The position numbers and the translations under genes were made by a program. Of a stretch of DNA of 64,000 nucleotides, positions 39,955 through 51,032 are shown piece after piece. Position 1 is the first letter of the stretch. Each line of letters opens with the position of its first letter. Under the pieces are notes generated by a model. The model saw only the letters and a program-made list of their open reading frames with translations. It did no database searches and was not told where the DNA came from. The DNA comes from an uncultured delta proteobacterium (GTDB lineage: Bacteria > Myxococcota > B64-G9): contig CAVWHX010000003.1 of the NCBI GenBank assembly GCA_963754925.1, positions 192,001-256,000 on the forward strand. The letters run 5' to 3'.

Positions 39955-41120
39955 GCCACCCCCCTGGCGGCCCGCACCGCCGCCTCGGCCGCTGCCTGCA
40001 TGGTCTCTACCCACACGATCCGAAGCGAGGAGGACTGGAGTATCTCGCGCGCGCGATCGGCATTGGTGCCTTGCAGACGCACCACGAGCGGCACGTTTTG
40101 GATGTTAACCACATGCGCGGCGGCGATTAAGCCCTCGGCGATCACATCGCACTTCACGATGCCGCCGAAAATATTAACCAGCACCGCGGTTACCTGGGTA
40201 TCAGCCAAAATGATCCTGAAAGCCGCGCTCACTTGGTCCACGTCGGTACGCCCACCGACATCCAGGAAGTTAGCCGGCGCGCCACCGCACAGCTTGATCA
40301 AGTCCAGAGTAGCCATGGCAAGCCCAGCGCCGTTGACCAAGCACCCGATGGTACCATCCAGGCGCACGTAGCTCAATCCATGCTGGACGGCTTCAATCTC
40401 CCCCGGATAGTCCTGGTTGACATCGCGAAGCTTTTCTATCTCGGGGTGTCGGAACAGAGCATTGTCGTCAAAGGTCATCTTGGTATCGAGAGCGAGAAGC
40501 GCGCCCGTCGTGGTAACCGCCAATGGGTTGATCTCGAGCAATGAAAGGTCGAGCTCGAAAAATGCTCGATACATACCGGACAGGACAGCGTTTAACTCTT
40601 TGATCTGGCCCTTGGTTAACCCCAATTCGAATCCCATTCGTCGCCCATGGTACGACATGAGCCCGACCAGCGGATGAATCGGCAGCCGGAGGATCTCCGT
40701 GGGATTGATGCGGGCAACAGATTCAATATCGGTCCCCCCCTTGGCGCTCGCAACGATCGTAAGGCACGCCGCGGCCCGATCGAGCACGAGGCCGAGATAC
40801 AGTTCACGCTCAATTTCGTGGACCTGCTCGACCAGCACCGCATCGACCATTTGCCCGCGTAATCCGGTTTGAGCAGTAACCAGCGGTTTGCCAAGCAGAT
40901 GTTCGGCCACCGTAGCCGCTTCGGCTGGGTTTTTCGCTCGTCTCACGCCGCCGGCTTTACCGCGTCCACCAGCATGAATTTGGGCTTTGACGACCACCGT
41001 ACCGCCGAGCTTGGCGGCAGCTTCTCCCGTTGCGACGGAACTGGTGCTGACCATGCCTTGCGGCAGGGGAATGCCATAGCTCGTGAGGATTCGTTTGGCT
41101 TGGTACTCGTGAATCTTCAA
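39951..41120 (-). CDS. sucC: Succinyl-CoA synthetase beta subunit
   Basis: KIHEYQAK, KAQIHAGGRGKAGGV, NGAGLAMAT, NIFGGI; TTG start with GGAGG RBS. Confidence 0.95.
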   Translation of the reverse strand: MKIHEYQAKRILTSYGIPLPQGMVSTSSVATGEAAAKLGGTVVVKAQIHAGGRGKAGGVRRAKNPAEAATVAEHLLGKPLVTAQTGLRGQMVDAVLVEQVHEIERELYLGLVLDRAAACLTIVASAKGGTDIESVARINPTEILRLPIHPLVGLMSYHGRRMGFELGLTKGQIKELNAVLSGMYRAFFELDLSLLEINPLAVTTTGALLALDTKMTFDDNALFRHPEIEKLRDVNQDYPGEIEAVQHGLSYVRLDGTIGCLVNGAGLAMATLDLIKLCGGAPANFLDVGGRTDVDQVSAAFRIILADTQVTAVLVNIFGGIVKCDVIAEGLIAAAHVVNIQNVPLVVRLQGTNADRAREILQSSSLRIVWVETMQAAAEAAVRAARGVA

Positions 41121-41425
41121 GAGTTCCTCCTGCCCATGCGGGCGTAGTATGTAACGCAAGCCATACCAAACTTGTCAAGCAAAACCAACCAGGAGACAAG
41201 GCCCGAGATATGCCCGGTTCATGACGGCCCCTACCTGACGTGAGGCGAATCCGGCGCCTCGATCGAAGGAGTTCAGTCTCGGCGTATTTTTACTTGACAA
41301 CATTCGGGCTGCCGATGCAAAGGAACTATACCATGGCTTCATAGATTCTGCAGTATGTGTAAAAATAGGTGTTGTGTCGGGTTCATTCAAAAAATACATT
41401 TGCATCGAGAAGGAGAGACGCCCTG

Positions 41426-41749
41426 ATGACCATTTCGATCGAATGCGTGCAATGTGAGGCCGATTTTGAGTATGAAGTTGCGGAGCTGCTTAAGGACCCA
41501 GCGCTGCTGGTATGCCCGAATTGCGGGGCAAAGGCCGACCCTGAGGTCGTTGAAATGGCCATGAGTGCGGTCGATGAGCTGATCACCCATCTCCGACGTC
41601 TGAGGCGCAAGTTTCGATTCTCGATTGTCATGGAGAGCGACGAGCTATCCTCGACCAATACTAACGAGGATTCGTACGCTGAGGAAGAAGACAATCAGGG
41701 AAACCTCTGGAGCGAAGAACCCGAAGAAGAAGATGATGAGGAGGAGTAG
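41426..41749 (+). CDS. Small Zn-ribbon protein with acidic tail
   Basis: CVQC...CPNC, D/E-rich C-terminus, AAGGAG RBS. Confidence 0.7.
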   Translation: MTISIECVQCEADFEYEVAELLKDPALLVCPNCGAKADPEVVEMAMSAVDELITHLRRLRRKFRFSIVMESDELSSTNTNEDSYAEEEDNQGNLWSEEPEEEDDEEE

Positions 41750-41911
41750 CCGCACAGCGAAGCCTCATTTCACCGTGAGCGTCGAATCGCGCGCCGGCGT
41801 TTCTAAAAATCTTTCATTGATAGCTAAAACATTCTGGTGCTCGCTGGTCGGCAACTTGACTTCTTTTCTCACGCACGCCTAACATTCCTCTGTTCAACCG
41901 GAGGTACCTCA

Positions 41912-43327
41912 ATGCGCAAGGTAAAGACCGTTTGCACGGTCGGTCCGGCGAGCGCCGCTTTGGAGATACTCAAAAAGCTCGTCCTGGCCGGCATGGATGT
42001 GGCTCGACTCAACTTCTCCCATGGCACCTATCGTAGCCACGCTGAAACCATAAGTCGGCTGCGACAGATCTCCAAATCGTACAACCGCCCCCTGGCGATT
42101 CTCCAAGACATCCAAGGTCCACGCATTCGGTTGGGGCGGTTCAACGGCGGCGAAGCGCATCTAAGCAGCGGCGAGACTTTTGTCTTAACGACCCGCCCGG
42201 TAGTGGGTGATGACTTTCATGCCAGCGTGCAGGTCCCTAACCTCTATAAAGACGTCAAGAAGGGCGATCGCATCCTGGCGGCGGATGGCGCCCTGCAGTT
42301 ACGGGTAACCGAGGTCGAAGGCCGTGACATCATCACCCGGGTCATGGTCGGCGGCGCCGTCAAGGATCACAGCGGCCTCAATCTGCCTGGGGTGCGCCTG
42401 AGCGCGGCTTCCATCACCGAGAAGGACAAACGCGATATCCGCTTTGGGCAACGGCTCGGCGTTGATATCATCGCAGTCAGTTTTGTTCGCTCGCCCGAAG
42501 ATGTGTTGGTGGTGCGCCGGATGATTCGCAAGGCTCGTGGCAACACCATGGTGCTGGCTAAGATCGAACATCCCGATGCCGTGGAGTATCTCGACGACAT
42601 TCTTGATGTATCCGACGGCATCATGATCGCGCGCGGCGATCTAGGAGTTGAGCTGCCGCCTGAAAAGGTCCCCGCGATACAGAAATCCGCCATCGCCCGT
42701 GCCAATGTTCGCGGCAAGATCGTGGTGGTCGCGACCCAAATGTTGGAGTCGATGATACGCAGTCCGCGGCCCACCCGCGCCGAAGCCTCCGATGTGGCCA
42801 ACGCGGTATTCGACGGAGCCGATGCGTTGATGCTTTCGGGCGAAACCGCTATTGGCGCGTATCCCGTCGAGGCGTTGCAGATAATGGTTCGCATCATTGG
42901 TGAAGCCGAGCGTTCCCCGGCCAGCTACCGATCCGGCGGCCCGCGGTTGCTCAAGGATCCGGCATTATTCCCTAACGCCATCAGTAAGGCTACGGTCGTC
43001 GCGGCGGAAGATACCGGCGTACGGCTTATCGTGGCCTACACCGAATCGGGCAACACCGCACGCCTGATCTCCGACTACCGACCAAAAGCGCGCTTGATCG
43101 CGCTGACGCCCCACCCCGGAACCTATCGGCGCATGGCGATCCTTTGGGGCGTTGAACCGGTCAAAGTTCCCTCGGTACGTTCCACCGATGGCATCATGCA
43201 GCAGGTCAACCATACGTTGGTCGAACGAGGCTACGCCCGGAGCGGAGAAGAAGTTGTCATCGCGTGCGGTGTTCCCATCGGCCAGCCGGGCAGCACCAAC
43301 CTTCTCAAACTTCATCGAATTCAATAG
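41912..43327 (+). CDS. pyk: Pyruvate kinase
   Basis: TVGPAS, RLNFSHG, AKIE, ARGDLGVE, ATQMLESM, MLSGETA. Confidence 0.97.
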   Translation: MRKVKTVCTVGPASAALEILKKLVLAGMDVARLNFSHGTYRSHAETISRLRQISKSYNRPLAILQDIQGPRIRLGRFNGGEAHLSSGETFVLTTRPVVGDDFHASVQVPNLYKDVKKGDRILAADGALQLRVTEVEGRDIITRVMVGGAVKDHSGLNLPGVRLSAASITEKDKRDIRFGQRLGVDIIAVSFVRSPEDVLVVRRMIRKARGNTMVLAKIEHPDAVEYLDDILDVSDGIMIARGDLGVELPPEKVPAIQKSAIARANVRGKIVVVATQMLESMIRSPRPTRAEASDVANAVFDGADALMLSGETAIGAYPVEALQIMVRIIGEAERSPASYRSGGPRLLKDPALFPNAISKATVVAAEDTGVRLIVAYTESGNTARLISDYRPKARLIALTPHPGTYRRMAILWGVEPVKVPSVRSTDGIMQQVNHTLVERGYARSGEEVVIACGVPIGQPGSTNLLKLHRIQ

Positions 43328-43349
43328 CGTTGCCTCACTCCCAAGGTGC

Positions 43350-43379
43350 TTGACAAGTCCTCTTCGAAAAACCTATAGT
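43350..43379 (+). promoter_or_regulatory. Sigma70 promoter for zapA-ssrS
   Basis: TTGACA-N18-TATAGT. Confidence 0.6.
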
Positions 43380-43421
43380 TACCGTTGTGGGCGCATCGCC
43401 CCAAAGGATTAAGCGATCGGT

Positions 43422-43715
43422 ATGCGGACTATTGATGTTAAGATCCTGGGACAGCGATACAAGGTCAAAAGCGAGGACGGCGACGAATACATTCAACGGT
43501 TAGCGGAGTTTGTCAACGATAACATCTCGGAGGTACAAAGAAATTCGAAGACCGTCTCAACGCATAGCGTGGTGATTTTAGCAGCCTTGAACATCGCCGA
43601 TAGACTTCTTAAGCTTCAGGAGCAAAACGGCAAATTACACAATGAGGTTCGCGATCAGATAAAACATATTGTGAACATCATCCGGTCGAGAAGGGAAACC
43701 GTCCGATCGCCATAG
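43422..43715 (+). CDS. zapA: Cell division protein ZapA
   Basis: VKILGQRYKV...LAEFVND...ILAALNIAD coiled coil; conserved context with 6S RNA and rny. Confidence 0.9.
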   Translation: MRTIDVKILGQRYKVKSEDGDEYIQRLAEFVNDNISEVQRNSKTVSTHSVVILAALNIADRLLKLQEQNGKLHNEVRDQIKHIVNIIRSRRETVRSP

Positions 43716-43724
43716 CTGATCATC

Positions 43725-43910
43725 ATTCCCCTGCCGGGTGCGTGACGAGCGGAAAGTATACGTATGAACCTACAAGCCTACCTGGGGAGTGCCCTCTGTC
43801 GGCGGTGTGCGAACCCTCCGTTGGGATCACCTAAAGTCGCCACGGTACGCCCACCTGTTTGGAATCCGGGTTCATCCTTGTCATCCGCTCGAACGGCCAT
43901 GGTGGGGAAT
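43725..43910 (+). ncRNA. ssrS: 6S RNA
   Basis: ~185-nt rod: ATTCCCC/GGGGAAT closing stem, GAGCGGA/TCCGCTC, ATGAACC/GGTTCAT; canonical position after zapA. Confidence 0.85.
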
Positions 43911-43991
43911 TGTTGCGAACTGTCCCGTCGTAATAAGGACGGGTTAAAATATATCGGGGAAACGCGAGTGACCCGAGGAGTAACGTACGAT

Positions 43992-44011
43992 CCCGTTTGT
44001 GGGTTTTTTTT
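43992..44011 (+). terminator. Possible weak intrinsic terminator after 6S RNA
   Basis: CCCG-TTTG-TGGG short stem followed by T8. Confidence 0.4.
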
Positions 44012-44019
44012 CTGCTTTT

Positions 44020-44324
44020 GAGTTGGGAGTCTGACTACCAATGGTTGGACGCCACAAAGGTCGGCTCTCATTTCGGGAGCTCAGCCCGTAAGGCTCGATA
44101 CCCGAGCAGCGGCTGAACCGTTCGTCGTTTGGTATGGGACACTCGCTCCCTGGCGGAGAACAATCCGCAGGGTGGCTTTTCTAGCCAGTAGCACCCCGAA
44201 ACAGAGAATAACCCAGAAAGTCCCTCGCGGAACTTTCGCGGGAGAAGGAAGTCAGGTCGGCAGAGCCCGCCGACGTTTACATAACATCCGGTCAGGCTGG
44301 CAACAGCTCCGGAGGAGGTGCAGC
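44020..44324 (+). promoter_or_regulatory. Structured 5' leader of rny (candidate cis-regulatory RNA)
   Basis: At least seven hairpins, GNRA loops, a multibranch domain closed by TTTCGGG/CCCGAAA; the last stem overlaps the SD. Confidence 0.55.
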
Positions 44325-45902
44325 GTGTCAAATATCTTTGTAGCCTCATTAGTTGGATTGCTCGGGTTGGTGCTCGGACTGTTAGGCGGCTTCCTGGTTA
44401 CCTGGTTGGTGCTCTCGCGCAAGTCCACCTCAGGGTATAACCGCGCCAAGACCCAAGCCGAAAGCCTCATCGAAGCCGCCAAGCGTCAATCCGATCTCGA
44501 TCGGCGCAAGGCCGAGGTCGAAGCCAAAGAGAATGTCGACCGCCTGAAGAGAGAGATAGAAGAAGAGATCCGCGAAAAGCAAAACATGCTAGCCAATCAA
44601 GAGAAACGTCTCAACCATCGCGAGGAGACCCTGGACAAGCGCGCCGATCTTATCGACCGTCAGGATGCCGAGTTCAAGCGTCGCGATCGAGAGATCGCCA
44701 AGCGTGAACAACAGGCTAAAGATCAAGAGCTCAAATACGAACAACTACTCGACGAATATCAGCGACAGCTCGAACGAATCGCGGGAATGACTGCCGACGA
44801 GGCCAAGAAAATGTTGATGGAGCGCATCGTTGAGGATGCCCGCCATGAATCGGCCAAGCAAATAAAACAGATCGAAGAAGAAACCCGCGATGAAGCCGAT
44901 AAGCGGGCTAAGAAGATCATGGCCACCGCGATTCAGCGTTACGCCGGAGACTACGTTTCCGAAGCCACCGTTTCGGTCGTCCACCTCCCGACCGATGAGA
45001 TGAAGGGTCGGATCATCGGCCGCGAAGGCCGCAACATCCGAGCGCTGGAGGCAGCCACGGGAATGGATTTGATCATCGATGATACCCCCGAGGCGGTTAT
45101 CATTTCTGGTTTCAATCCAATACGGCGCGAAGTTGCCCGGATAAGCATTGAAAAACTCATCGCCGACGGTCGCATTCATCCGGCGCGCATCGAGGAGATC
45201 GTGGCCAAGACCACCGAGGAGCTCGATCAGGCCATCAAGGAAGCGGGCGAACGCGCCACCTTCGAGCTCGGTATCCACGGTATTCATAGCGAGGTCGTTA
45301 AGTATCTCGGACGGCTGAAGTATCGCACCAGCTATAGCCAAAACCAACTGCAGCATTCGATCGAAGTTGGCTTTTTGGCCGGGGCCATGGCAGCCGAGTT
45401 AGGCATGAATCCGCGCCACGCCAAGCGCGCGGGACTCCTGCATGACATCGGTAAGGCGATCGATCATGAGGTCGAAGGCTCGCATGCCATGATTGGGGCC
45501 GATTTGCTCAAAAAATATGGCGAGTCGCCGAAGATCATTCACGCTGTTCGCGCTCACCACGAAGAGGAAAAGCCCGAGACCGTGCTAGCCATTCTGGTTC
45601 AGGCAGCGGACGCATTAAGCGGCGCCCGCCCCGGCGCCCGGCGTGAGATGCTTGAGACCTATGTCAAACGCCTGGAAGAACTCGAGCGCATCTCGCGCTC
45701 ATTCCGCGGGGTCGAGAAAGCCTTTGCCATTCAGGCGGGCCGCGAGATTCGCGTTATCGTCGAAAACAGCAAAGTCTCCGACGAAGAGGCCATGTTGCTC
45801 TCAAAAGATATCGCCACCAAGATTGAGAAAGAACTGACCTATCCAGGTCAGATCAAGGTGACGGTCATCCGAGAGACCCGGGCGGTTGAGTATGCCAAAT
45901 AG
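44325..45902 (+). CDS. rny: Ribonuclease Y
   Basis: N-terminal TM, coiled coil, KH ([12 protein letters not shown]), HD (LLHDIGK); GGAGG RBS before GTG 44325. Confidence 0.96.
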   Translation: MSNIFVASLVGLLGLVLGLLGGFLVTWLVLSRKSTSGYNRAKTQAESLIEAAKRQSDLDRRKAEVEAKENVDRLKREIEEEIREKQNMLANQEKRLNHREETLDKRADLIDRQDAEFKRRDREIAKREQQAKDQELKYEQLLDEYQRQLERIAGMTADEAKKMLMERIVEDARHESAKQIKQIEEETRDEADKRAKKIMATAIQRYAGDYVSEATVSVVHLPTDEMKGRIIGREGRNIRALEAATGMDLIIDDTPEAVIISGFNPIRREVARISIEKLIADGRIHPARIEEIVAKTTEELDQAIKEAGERATFELGIHGIHSEVVKYLGRLKYRTSYSQNQLQHSIEVGFLAGAMAAELGMNPRHAKRAGLLHDIGKAIDHEVEGSHAMIGADLLKKYGESPKIIHAVRAHHEEEKPETVLAILVQAADALSGARPGARREMLETYVKRLEELERISRSFRGVEKAFAIQAGREIRVIVENSKVSDEEAMLLSKDIATKIEKELTYPGQIKVTVIRETRAVEYAK

Positions 45903-46695
45903 CAAGAGTTTCACGATTCTTGCGCTGGGCGATGTGGTCGGCAAACCGGGCCGGCAGGCGTTAGCCAGCTATCTTCCGCGTCTGATTGCTGAGTCGGGGG
46001 CTCAGTTCGTGGTCGTCAACGCTGAAAACGCTTCCGGCGGATTGGGGTTGAAGCCCCAGGAAGCAAACGAGCTCCTGCAACTGCCGATAGACGTATTGAC
46101 GTCAGGTAATCATATCTGGAAACACAAAGAGATCGTTGCCTTCATCGATTCGCAACCACGGCTGCTCCGGCCTGCTAACTATCCTGAACACACGCCGGGC
46201 CGTGGTCATGGCGTTTTCATCAGCAAAGATGGTGTGCCCGTGGGGGTACTCAATCTGGAGGGGACCCTGTTTATGAACCCCCTGCCGTGCCCATTCCGCT
46301 GCGCCGATAGAGCGTTACCCATACTTCGCGAGCAGACTGCCATCACCCTGGTAGATTTCCACGCCGAAGCCACCAGCGAAAAGCGCGCTCTGGGCCACTA
46401 CTTGGACGGCCGGATTTCAGTCATGGTAGGCACGCACACGCACATACCCACGGCGGACGCCGAGGTACTTGCCGGCGGCAGCGGTTATCAGACCGACTTA
46501 GGCATGTGCGGACCCACGGATTCGGTCATCGGGGTAAGCAAGAGAGAAGCCATCGAGCGTTTTCTAACGAAGTTGCCAACCGGGTTTCAGGTGGCCCGTC
46601 AAGGGGTACGTCTCCAAGGAGCGTTGATCCGGATCAATCCTGACTCTGGAAGATGTCTGGACATCATCCAACGTTCTTGGCCGGTCAATCTCTAA
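45892..46695 (+). CDS. ymdB: YmdB-like metallophosphoesterase (TIGR00282)
   Basis: [31 protein letters not shown]. Confidence 0.93.
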   Translation: MPNSKSFTILALGDVVGKPGRQALASYLPRLIAESGAQFVVVNAENASGGLGLKPQEANELLQLPIDVLTSGNHIWKHKEIVAFIDSQPRLLRPANYPEHTPGRGHGVFISKDGVPVGVLNLEGTLFMNPLPCPFRCADRALPILREQTAITLVDFHAEATSEKRALGHYLDGRISVMVGTHTHIPTADAEVLAGGSGYQTDLGMCGPTDSVIGVSKREAIERFLTKLPTGFQVARQGVRLQGALIRINPDSGRCLDIIQRSWPVNL

Positions 46696-46859
46696 TTACG
46701 CTGACCGATGTTAAGGTGCCGACGGGATCGGTAACCGGCTGCTTTATGTGGAATAATGTTGCAATTGCTGCTGTTTTTAAGTAGCGTATTGATAACTAAT
46801 AGCAACAACCGTAAGCTCGACAACCACTGGTATTGTTCAGGGCATCACAGGAGCCAGAG

Positions 46860-47354
46860 ATGGAAATGGTTCGACAATACGTAGATCTACTACGACAGGT
46901 GGGTCGAGAAAAATTTCTTACGACGTACACCGACCCATTTTTTCTTTTCCTTGAAAATAATGGCGGCGGAAGCAAAGAAGATCTCAGCACTAACCCGGCC
47001 GCGCTCAACGCGTACCGGGTGCTCGCGCCGAGTACGCCGAAGGTCCCAACGAATCCAAACCAACCGCGCAAGCTGCTCGTCGGCAGCGGTCCCGACAGGG
47101 ATCTTTCGATCAATCATGCGACCGTCTCGGCGCGCCATGCCTTCATTGCCTTTGATAACGAACAGAAATCCTATCGTCTCGGCGATGCCGGCTCCGAAAA
47201 TGGAACCTACATCAACGGAGAGGCGGTTGAAGCCGGCAATCCCGTCTATATCAAAAACGGCAATACGGTCTCATTTGGGGATTGCGACTATATGTTCTTT
47301 TCTCCTGAGGGGTTCGCAGACCTGATCGAACGCCTGCTGAATTCCCGAGCATAA
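46860..47354 (+). CDS. FHA domain protein
   Basis: VG...DLSINHATVSARHA...DAGSENGTYING; the conserved GR is GS here. Confidence 0.85.
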   Translation: MEMVRQYVDLLRQVGREKFLTTYTDPFFLFLENNGGGSKEDLSTNPAALNAYRVLAPSTPKVPTNPNQPRKLLVGSGPDRDLSINHATVSARHAFIAFDNEQKSYRLGDAGSENGTYINGEAVEAGNPVYIKNGNTVSFGDCDYMFFSPEGFADLIERLLNSRA

Positions 47355-47453
47355 CAGCAAACTGCCCCACCGTCATCAACGATACTCGTTCGGTAGTGAC
47401 CCACTGCCGCTCGTTCGACGGCACCGTTATCGTATTTGAAATCGGTTGCGCAT

Positions 47454-47482
47454 TTGACAGTTGCATCTACTGGATAGATAAT
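47454..47482 (+). promoter_or_regulatory. Sigma70 promoter for the Hsp70 paralogue
   Basis: TTGACA-N17-GATAAT. Confidence 0.55.
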
Positions 47483-47503
47483 TAATTTCTCTGGAGGGGC
47501 TGC

Positions 47504-49216
47504 ATGCCCGATACGTCCGACTTCAACAGGCTTCCACCCGAGGCCGAACTCCCGCCCGCCAACCTGCCCCAGTCAAACTTGATCATGGGCATTGACCTGG
47601 GCACCACCTATTCATGCGTGGCGGTGGTGCAAGAGGACTATCCTAAAGTAATTCCCTCCCGCTTGGGCCTGCGCACTATTCCTTCAATTGTCGCCATCGA
47701 TGAAAAAGGTCGCCTGCTGGTCGGTGAAGAAGCTCGCAAGCAGCTTCTGATCAATCCAACGAACACCATTTACGGCGCAAAGCGTTTCATTGGCCGGCGC
47801 TTTTACTCCGAGGAAGTTACCGCTCTTTCAAAGTATTTCTCATACGAGGTGGTGCCCCTGGACAACATGGAGATCGGCGCAAAGGCCGGCCAGCGGGTTT
47901 TTAGACTCCCCCAGGTATCGGCATTAATCCTCAATGAGTTGCGCCGCAACGTCTGCGAATACTTCAAGCAGAACATTTACATGGCCGTTGTTAGCGTTCC
48001 GGCCTACTACACCGAGAACCAGCGCGAAGCCGTGCGTGAAGCCAGCCGCATCGCCGGCATCGAGGTGGTCCGGATCATCAACGAGCCGACGGCTGCCGCG
48101 CTCGCCTATGGTCTCAACAAGGGCCTCGACAAACGAATCCTGGTCTATGACCTCGGCGGCGGCACCTTTGACGCTTCGATCCTCGAGCTGTACGAAAATG
48201 TTTTCCGCGTGCTCTCAACCGGCGGCGATACTTTTTTGGGCGGCGTTGATTTCGATGCACGCATCGTCGACTATATATTGGGTGAATACGAGCGCACCCA
48301 ATCTGAAATCCTCCAGTGCGATAGTGTCATCACCCAACGCCTGAAAGACGCCGCTGAAAAGGCCAAGATCGAGCTATCCAGCAAGACCACAGCCCAGATA
48401 GAATTGCCGTATATCACCATTTCAAAAGGTAAATTCAGAGACTTTAAAACAGAGCTGACGCGCACCCAACTCAACCGGCTCACCGATGATCTGGTCAACC
48501 GCACGGTTGAGGTATGCCTGGAGGTGCTCGATTCGGCCAAGCTGGTTCCCGAGAAGATCGAATCGATTCTATTGGTCGGGGGTCAAACCCGCGCTCCGCT
48601 GGTGGTAGAAAAGATCAGCCGGTTCTTTGGCCGGGCGCCGAGTAAGGGGGTCCATCCGGACGAGGTGGTTGCCTGCGGCGCCGCCCTCATGGGGCACTCC
48701 CTGGGTACGCACACCAGTATTCGGCTCATCGACGTCTTGCCCATGAGTATCGGCGGCCGCCAACCCGACGGCGCAATGAAAGTGCTCTTGGCCGCCAATA
48801 CGCCGCTACCTGCCGAGCGCGAGATCGGGATAGCCACCACGCGCGCTGACCAACAGGTGATCGAGATCGCTTTGTATCAGGGCGAATCGAACCGCACCAT
48901 CGAGAACGAGTTTTTGGGAGCGTTTGTGATCAGCGGCTTTCCCAGGGCGCCGACCGGGCAGGTTAAGCTGGCCATTAAGCTTTCGCTCAACCAGGAGTCC
49001 TTGATGGAGGTGTCGGCCCGATTGCTCGGCACCAACCAACCCATGCAAGTCAAGATGCAGGCGCGCACCCCTACTACCGCCGAGGACATCGGCCTGACCC
49101 CGATTGCGGCGAATGACGATCACACCGTGCCCTTCACGCCAACCGCGGAACAACAAGATACGCGTCGGCGGCTTTTCTCAGGCTTGCGCGGATTCATCCG
49201 GCGCCTCGGTTCGTAG
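47504..49216 (+). CDS. Hsp70-family protein (non-canonical DnaK paralogue lacking the helical lid)
   Basis: [24 protein letters not shown], linker LIDVLP, beta-SBD; ends soon after the SBD. Confidence 0.9.
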   Translation: MPDTSDFNRLPPEAELPPANLPQSNLIMGIDLGTTYSCVAVVQEDYPKVIPSRLGLRTIPSIVAIDEKGRLLVGEEARKQLLINPTNTIYGAKRFIGRRFYSEEVTALSKYFSYEVVPLDNMEIGAKAGQRVFRLPQVSALILNELRRNVCEYFKQNIYMAVVSVPAYYTENQREAVREASRIAGIEVVRIINEPTAAALAYGLNKGLDKRILVYDLGGGTFDASILELYENVFRVLSTGGDTFLGGVDFDARIVDYILGEYERTQSEILQCDSVITQRLKDAAEKAKIELSSKTTAQIELPYITISKGKFRDFKTELTRTQLNRLTDDLVNRTVEVCLEVLDSAKLVPEKIESILLVGGQTRAPLVVEKISRFFGRAPSKGVHPDEVVACGAALMGHSLGTHTSIRLIDVLPMSIGGRQPDGAMKVLLAANTPLPAEREIGIATTRADQQVIEIALYQGESNRTIENEFLGAFVISGFPRAPTGQVKLAIKLSLNQESLMEVSARLLGTNQPMQVKMQARTPTTAEDIGLTPIAANDDHTVPFTPTAEQQDTRRRLFSGLRGFIRRLGS

Positions 49217-49244
49217 CCTTGGGATTAGAATCCATCCCCTAACG

Positions 49245-50261
49245 TCACGACGAGTGATTAACTTCCGCCGCAAGCGGGAAGGGCTGCACCTGCTCAATGC
49301 GTTCTTTACCGAACAACAGCATGGCTAAGCGATCCAGGCCGAGCGCGTTGCCGCTGCAGGCCGGCAGGCCGTGCTCAAGAGCGGAGAGGAACGCTTCATC
49401 CAACGGCAACCGCGGTTTGCCGCACTGGACGCGCGCTTCGATTTGCTCGACCAAGCGTGCGCGCTGCTGACGCGGATCGGTAAGCTCACCGTACCCGTTG
49501 CAAAGCTCTAGGCCGCCAATGTACAACTCGAACCGTTCCGCAACCACTGGTCGCTCGGGACGCAATCGTGCCAGCCCAGCCATGGGCGCTGGATAATCGT
49601 ATAAAAAAACCGGCCCACGCTCCATCAGTTTCGGCTCAACCCGTTCTATCAGGGCGCGGTTGACCAGATCATCGAAAGTATCGTCCCTCCCTATCCTCAA
49701 ACCCGCCTTGCCGAGCGCATCGCGAAGGCCCGCTTCGTTCCAGTCAGCCGGAACCTTAACCTGCGCCAGTTCTCGTAGTGACTGCTCCACGCTCATGCGC
49801 TGAAACGACTGACTGAGATCGATGACTACTCCGGCGCGTTGAATCACGTGCCCACCCGGAAGCGAAGCCGCCACCTCGCGGACCAATTCCTCGGTTTGCT
49901 CCATCATGTTTTCGACCGACGCGCCCACCTGATACCACTCCACCCCGATGAATTCCGGGTTATGCAGCCGCGTCAGTTCGCCGTTTCGAAAGAAATGCGC
50001 AATTTGATAGATACGCGCACAGCCTGCGCTTACCATCCGTTTCATGTGAAACTCAGGAGAGGTCGACAGATACAGCGTTAACGCTTCTCCGTCGGGCAAC
50101 CGCAACTCACTGCGGAAACTTTCTATATGCAGAGCCGGATCCGGCGCTCGTACGAGTGTTGGAGTGAACACCTCGATAAAATCACGGCAATCAAAAAACT
50201 GACGCACCCGCATGAGTAACCGTGCGAAGGCACCGAGCGAGTTCACCACATCAGGACCCAT
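49245..50261 (-). CDS. epmA: EF-P lysine aminoacylase EpmA/GenX
   Basis: YLSTSPEFHMKR, FRNGE...HNPEF, ERFELY...ELCNGYGEL, GNALGLDRL; no anticodon domain. Confidence 0.9.
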   Translation of the reverse strand: MGPDVVNSLGAFARLLMRVRQFFDCRDFIEVFTPTLVRAPDPALHIESFRSELRLPDGEALTLYLSTSPEFHMKRMVSAGCARIYQIAHFFRNGELTRLHNPEFIGVEWYQVGASVENMMEQTEELVREVAASLPGGHVIQRAGVVIDLSQSFQRMSVEQSLRELAQVKVPADWNEAGLRDALGKAGLRIGRDDTFDDLVNRALIERVEPKLMERGPVFLYDYPAPMAGLARLRPERPVVAERFELYIGGLELCNGYGELTDPRQQRARLVEQIEARVQCGKPRLPLDEAFLSALEHGLPACSGNALGLDRLAMLLFGKERIEQVQPFPLAAEVNHSS

Positions 50262-50823
50262 GCTCACCCTCATCCAACGAGCGACGATCATCCTCGGCCA
50301 CGTTCCGGCGCTCCAGTTCACGGGCAAACGCCAGCGAAATCAGATCCGGCATCCGATCTACAAAAACGATACCATCAAGATGATCCACCTCATGCTGCAG
50401 CACCCGTGCTGGAAATCCTTTGATCTCCATTTCCAGCCGATTGCCCGCTCGGTCCAGCGCTCTAAACCTAATGGCGTGCGGCCTCACGACGAGCCCGCGC
50501 AAGTCTTTGAGAGAAAGGCAGCCCTCCCAGTCTTCCTCGGTCTGCTCCCCGACAACGGTCACCTCAGGATTGATAAAAACGCAAGGCGCCACACCCACAC
50601 CCAACTCATCCAATTCCGGTGGCACCTCCACCGCTATCGCCCGCTGCGAACGAAACACCTGGGGCGCCGCCAACCCTACCCCGTCATGGAAGTTCATGCT
50701 CTCGAGCAGGTCGTCGAGAAACGTCTGGAACGGTGCCGTGCCAATTTCCTCTTTCGTCACTGGCCGAGCTTTCTTTCGCAACACCGCTTCACCGAGTTTT
50801 GCTATCTGCAAGATCGCCATCAC
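50251..50823 (-). CDS. def: Peptide deformylase
   Basis: GVGLAAPQV, EGCLS, QHEVDHLDG. Confidence 0.96.
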   Translation of the reverse strand: MMAILQIAKLGEAVLRKKARPVTKEEIGTAPFQTFLDDLLESMNFHDGVGLAAPQVFRSQRAIAVEVPPELDELGVGVAPCVFINPEVTVVGEQTEEDWEGCLSLKDLRGLVVRPHAIRFRALDRAGNRLEMEIKGFPARVLQHEVDHLDGIVFVDRMPDLISLAFARELERRNVAEDDRRSLDEGEHGS

Positions 50824-51032
50824 GCTTCTCCCCCAGTGCGGCTGTCCGCGTCGCCGGATTTCCCGGCTTGGCGCGTAAAAAAGACAAACGCCATCGCCGG
50901 TCGTTTCGATGATTCACGCATGGCAAAATGAACACCCTCGAGTTGCCAGCCCTGCTGGACAAAATCATTAACAATTTTCTCTAGGTGCTCGTCGGTCACG
51001 GTGCTGCATTCGACAACCTTATATTCCAGCAT
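50820..51032 (-). CDS. DUF4177-like small protein
   Basis: EYKVVE...LEKIVNDFVQQGWQL...FVFFTR. Confidence 0.7.
   Translation of the reverse strand: MLEYKVVECSTVTDEHLEKIVNDFVQQGWQLEGVHFAMRESSKRPAMAFVFFTRQAGKSGDADSRTGGEA

Noticed and set aside
44172..44324. 51-aa N-terminal extension of RNase Y
   Set aside because: A strong GGAGG RBS precedes GTG 44325, which places the TM anchor at the N-terminus as expected for RNase Y
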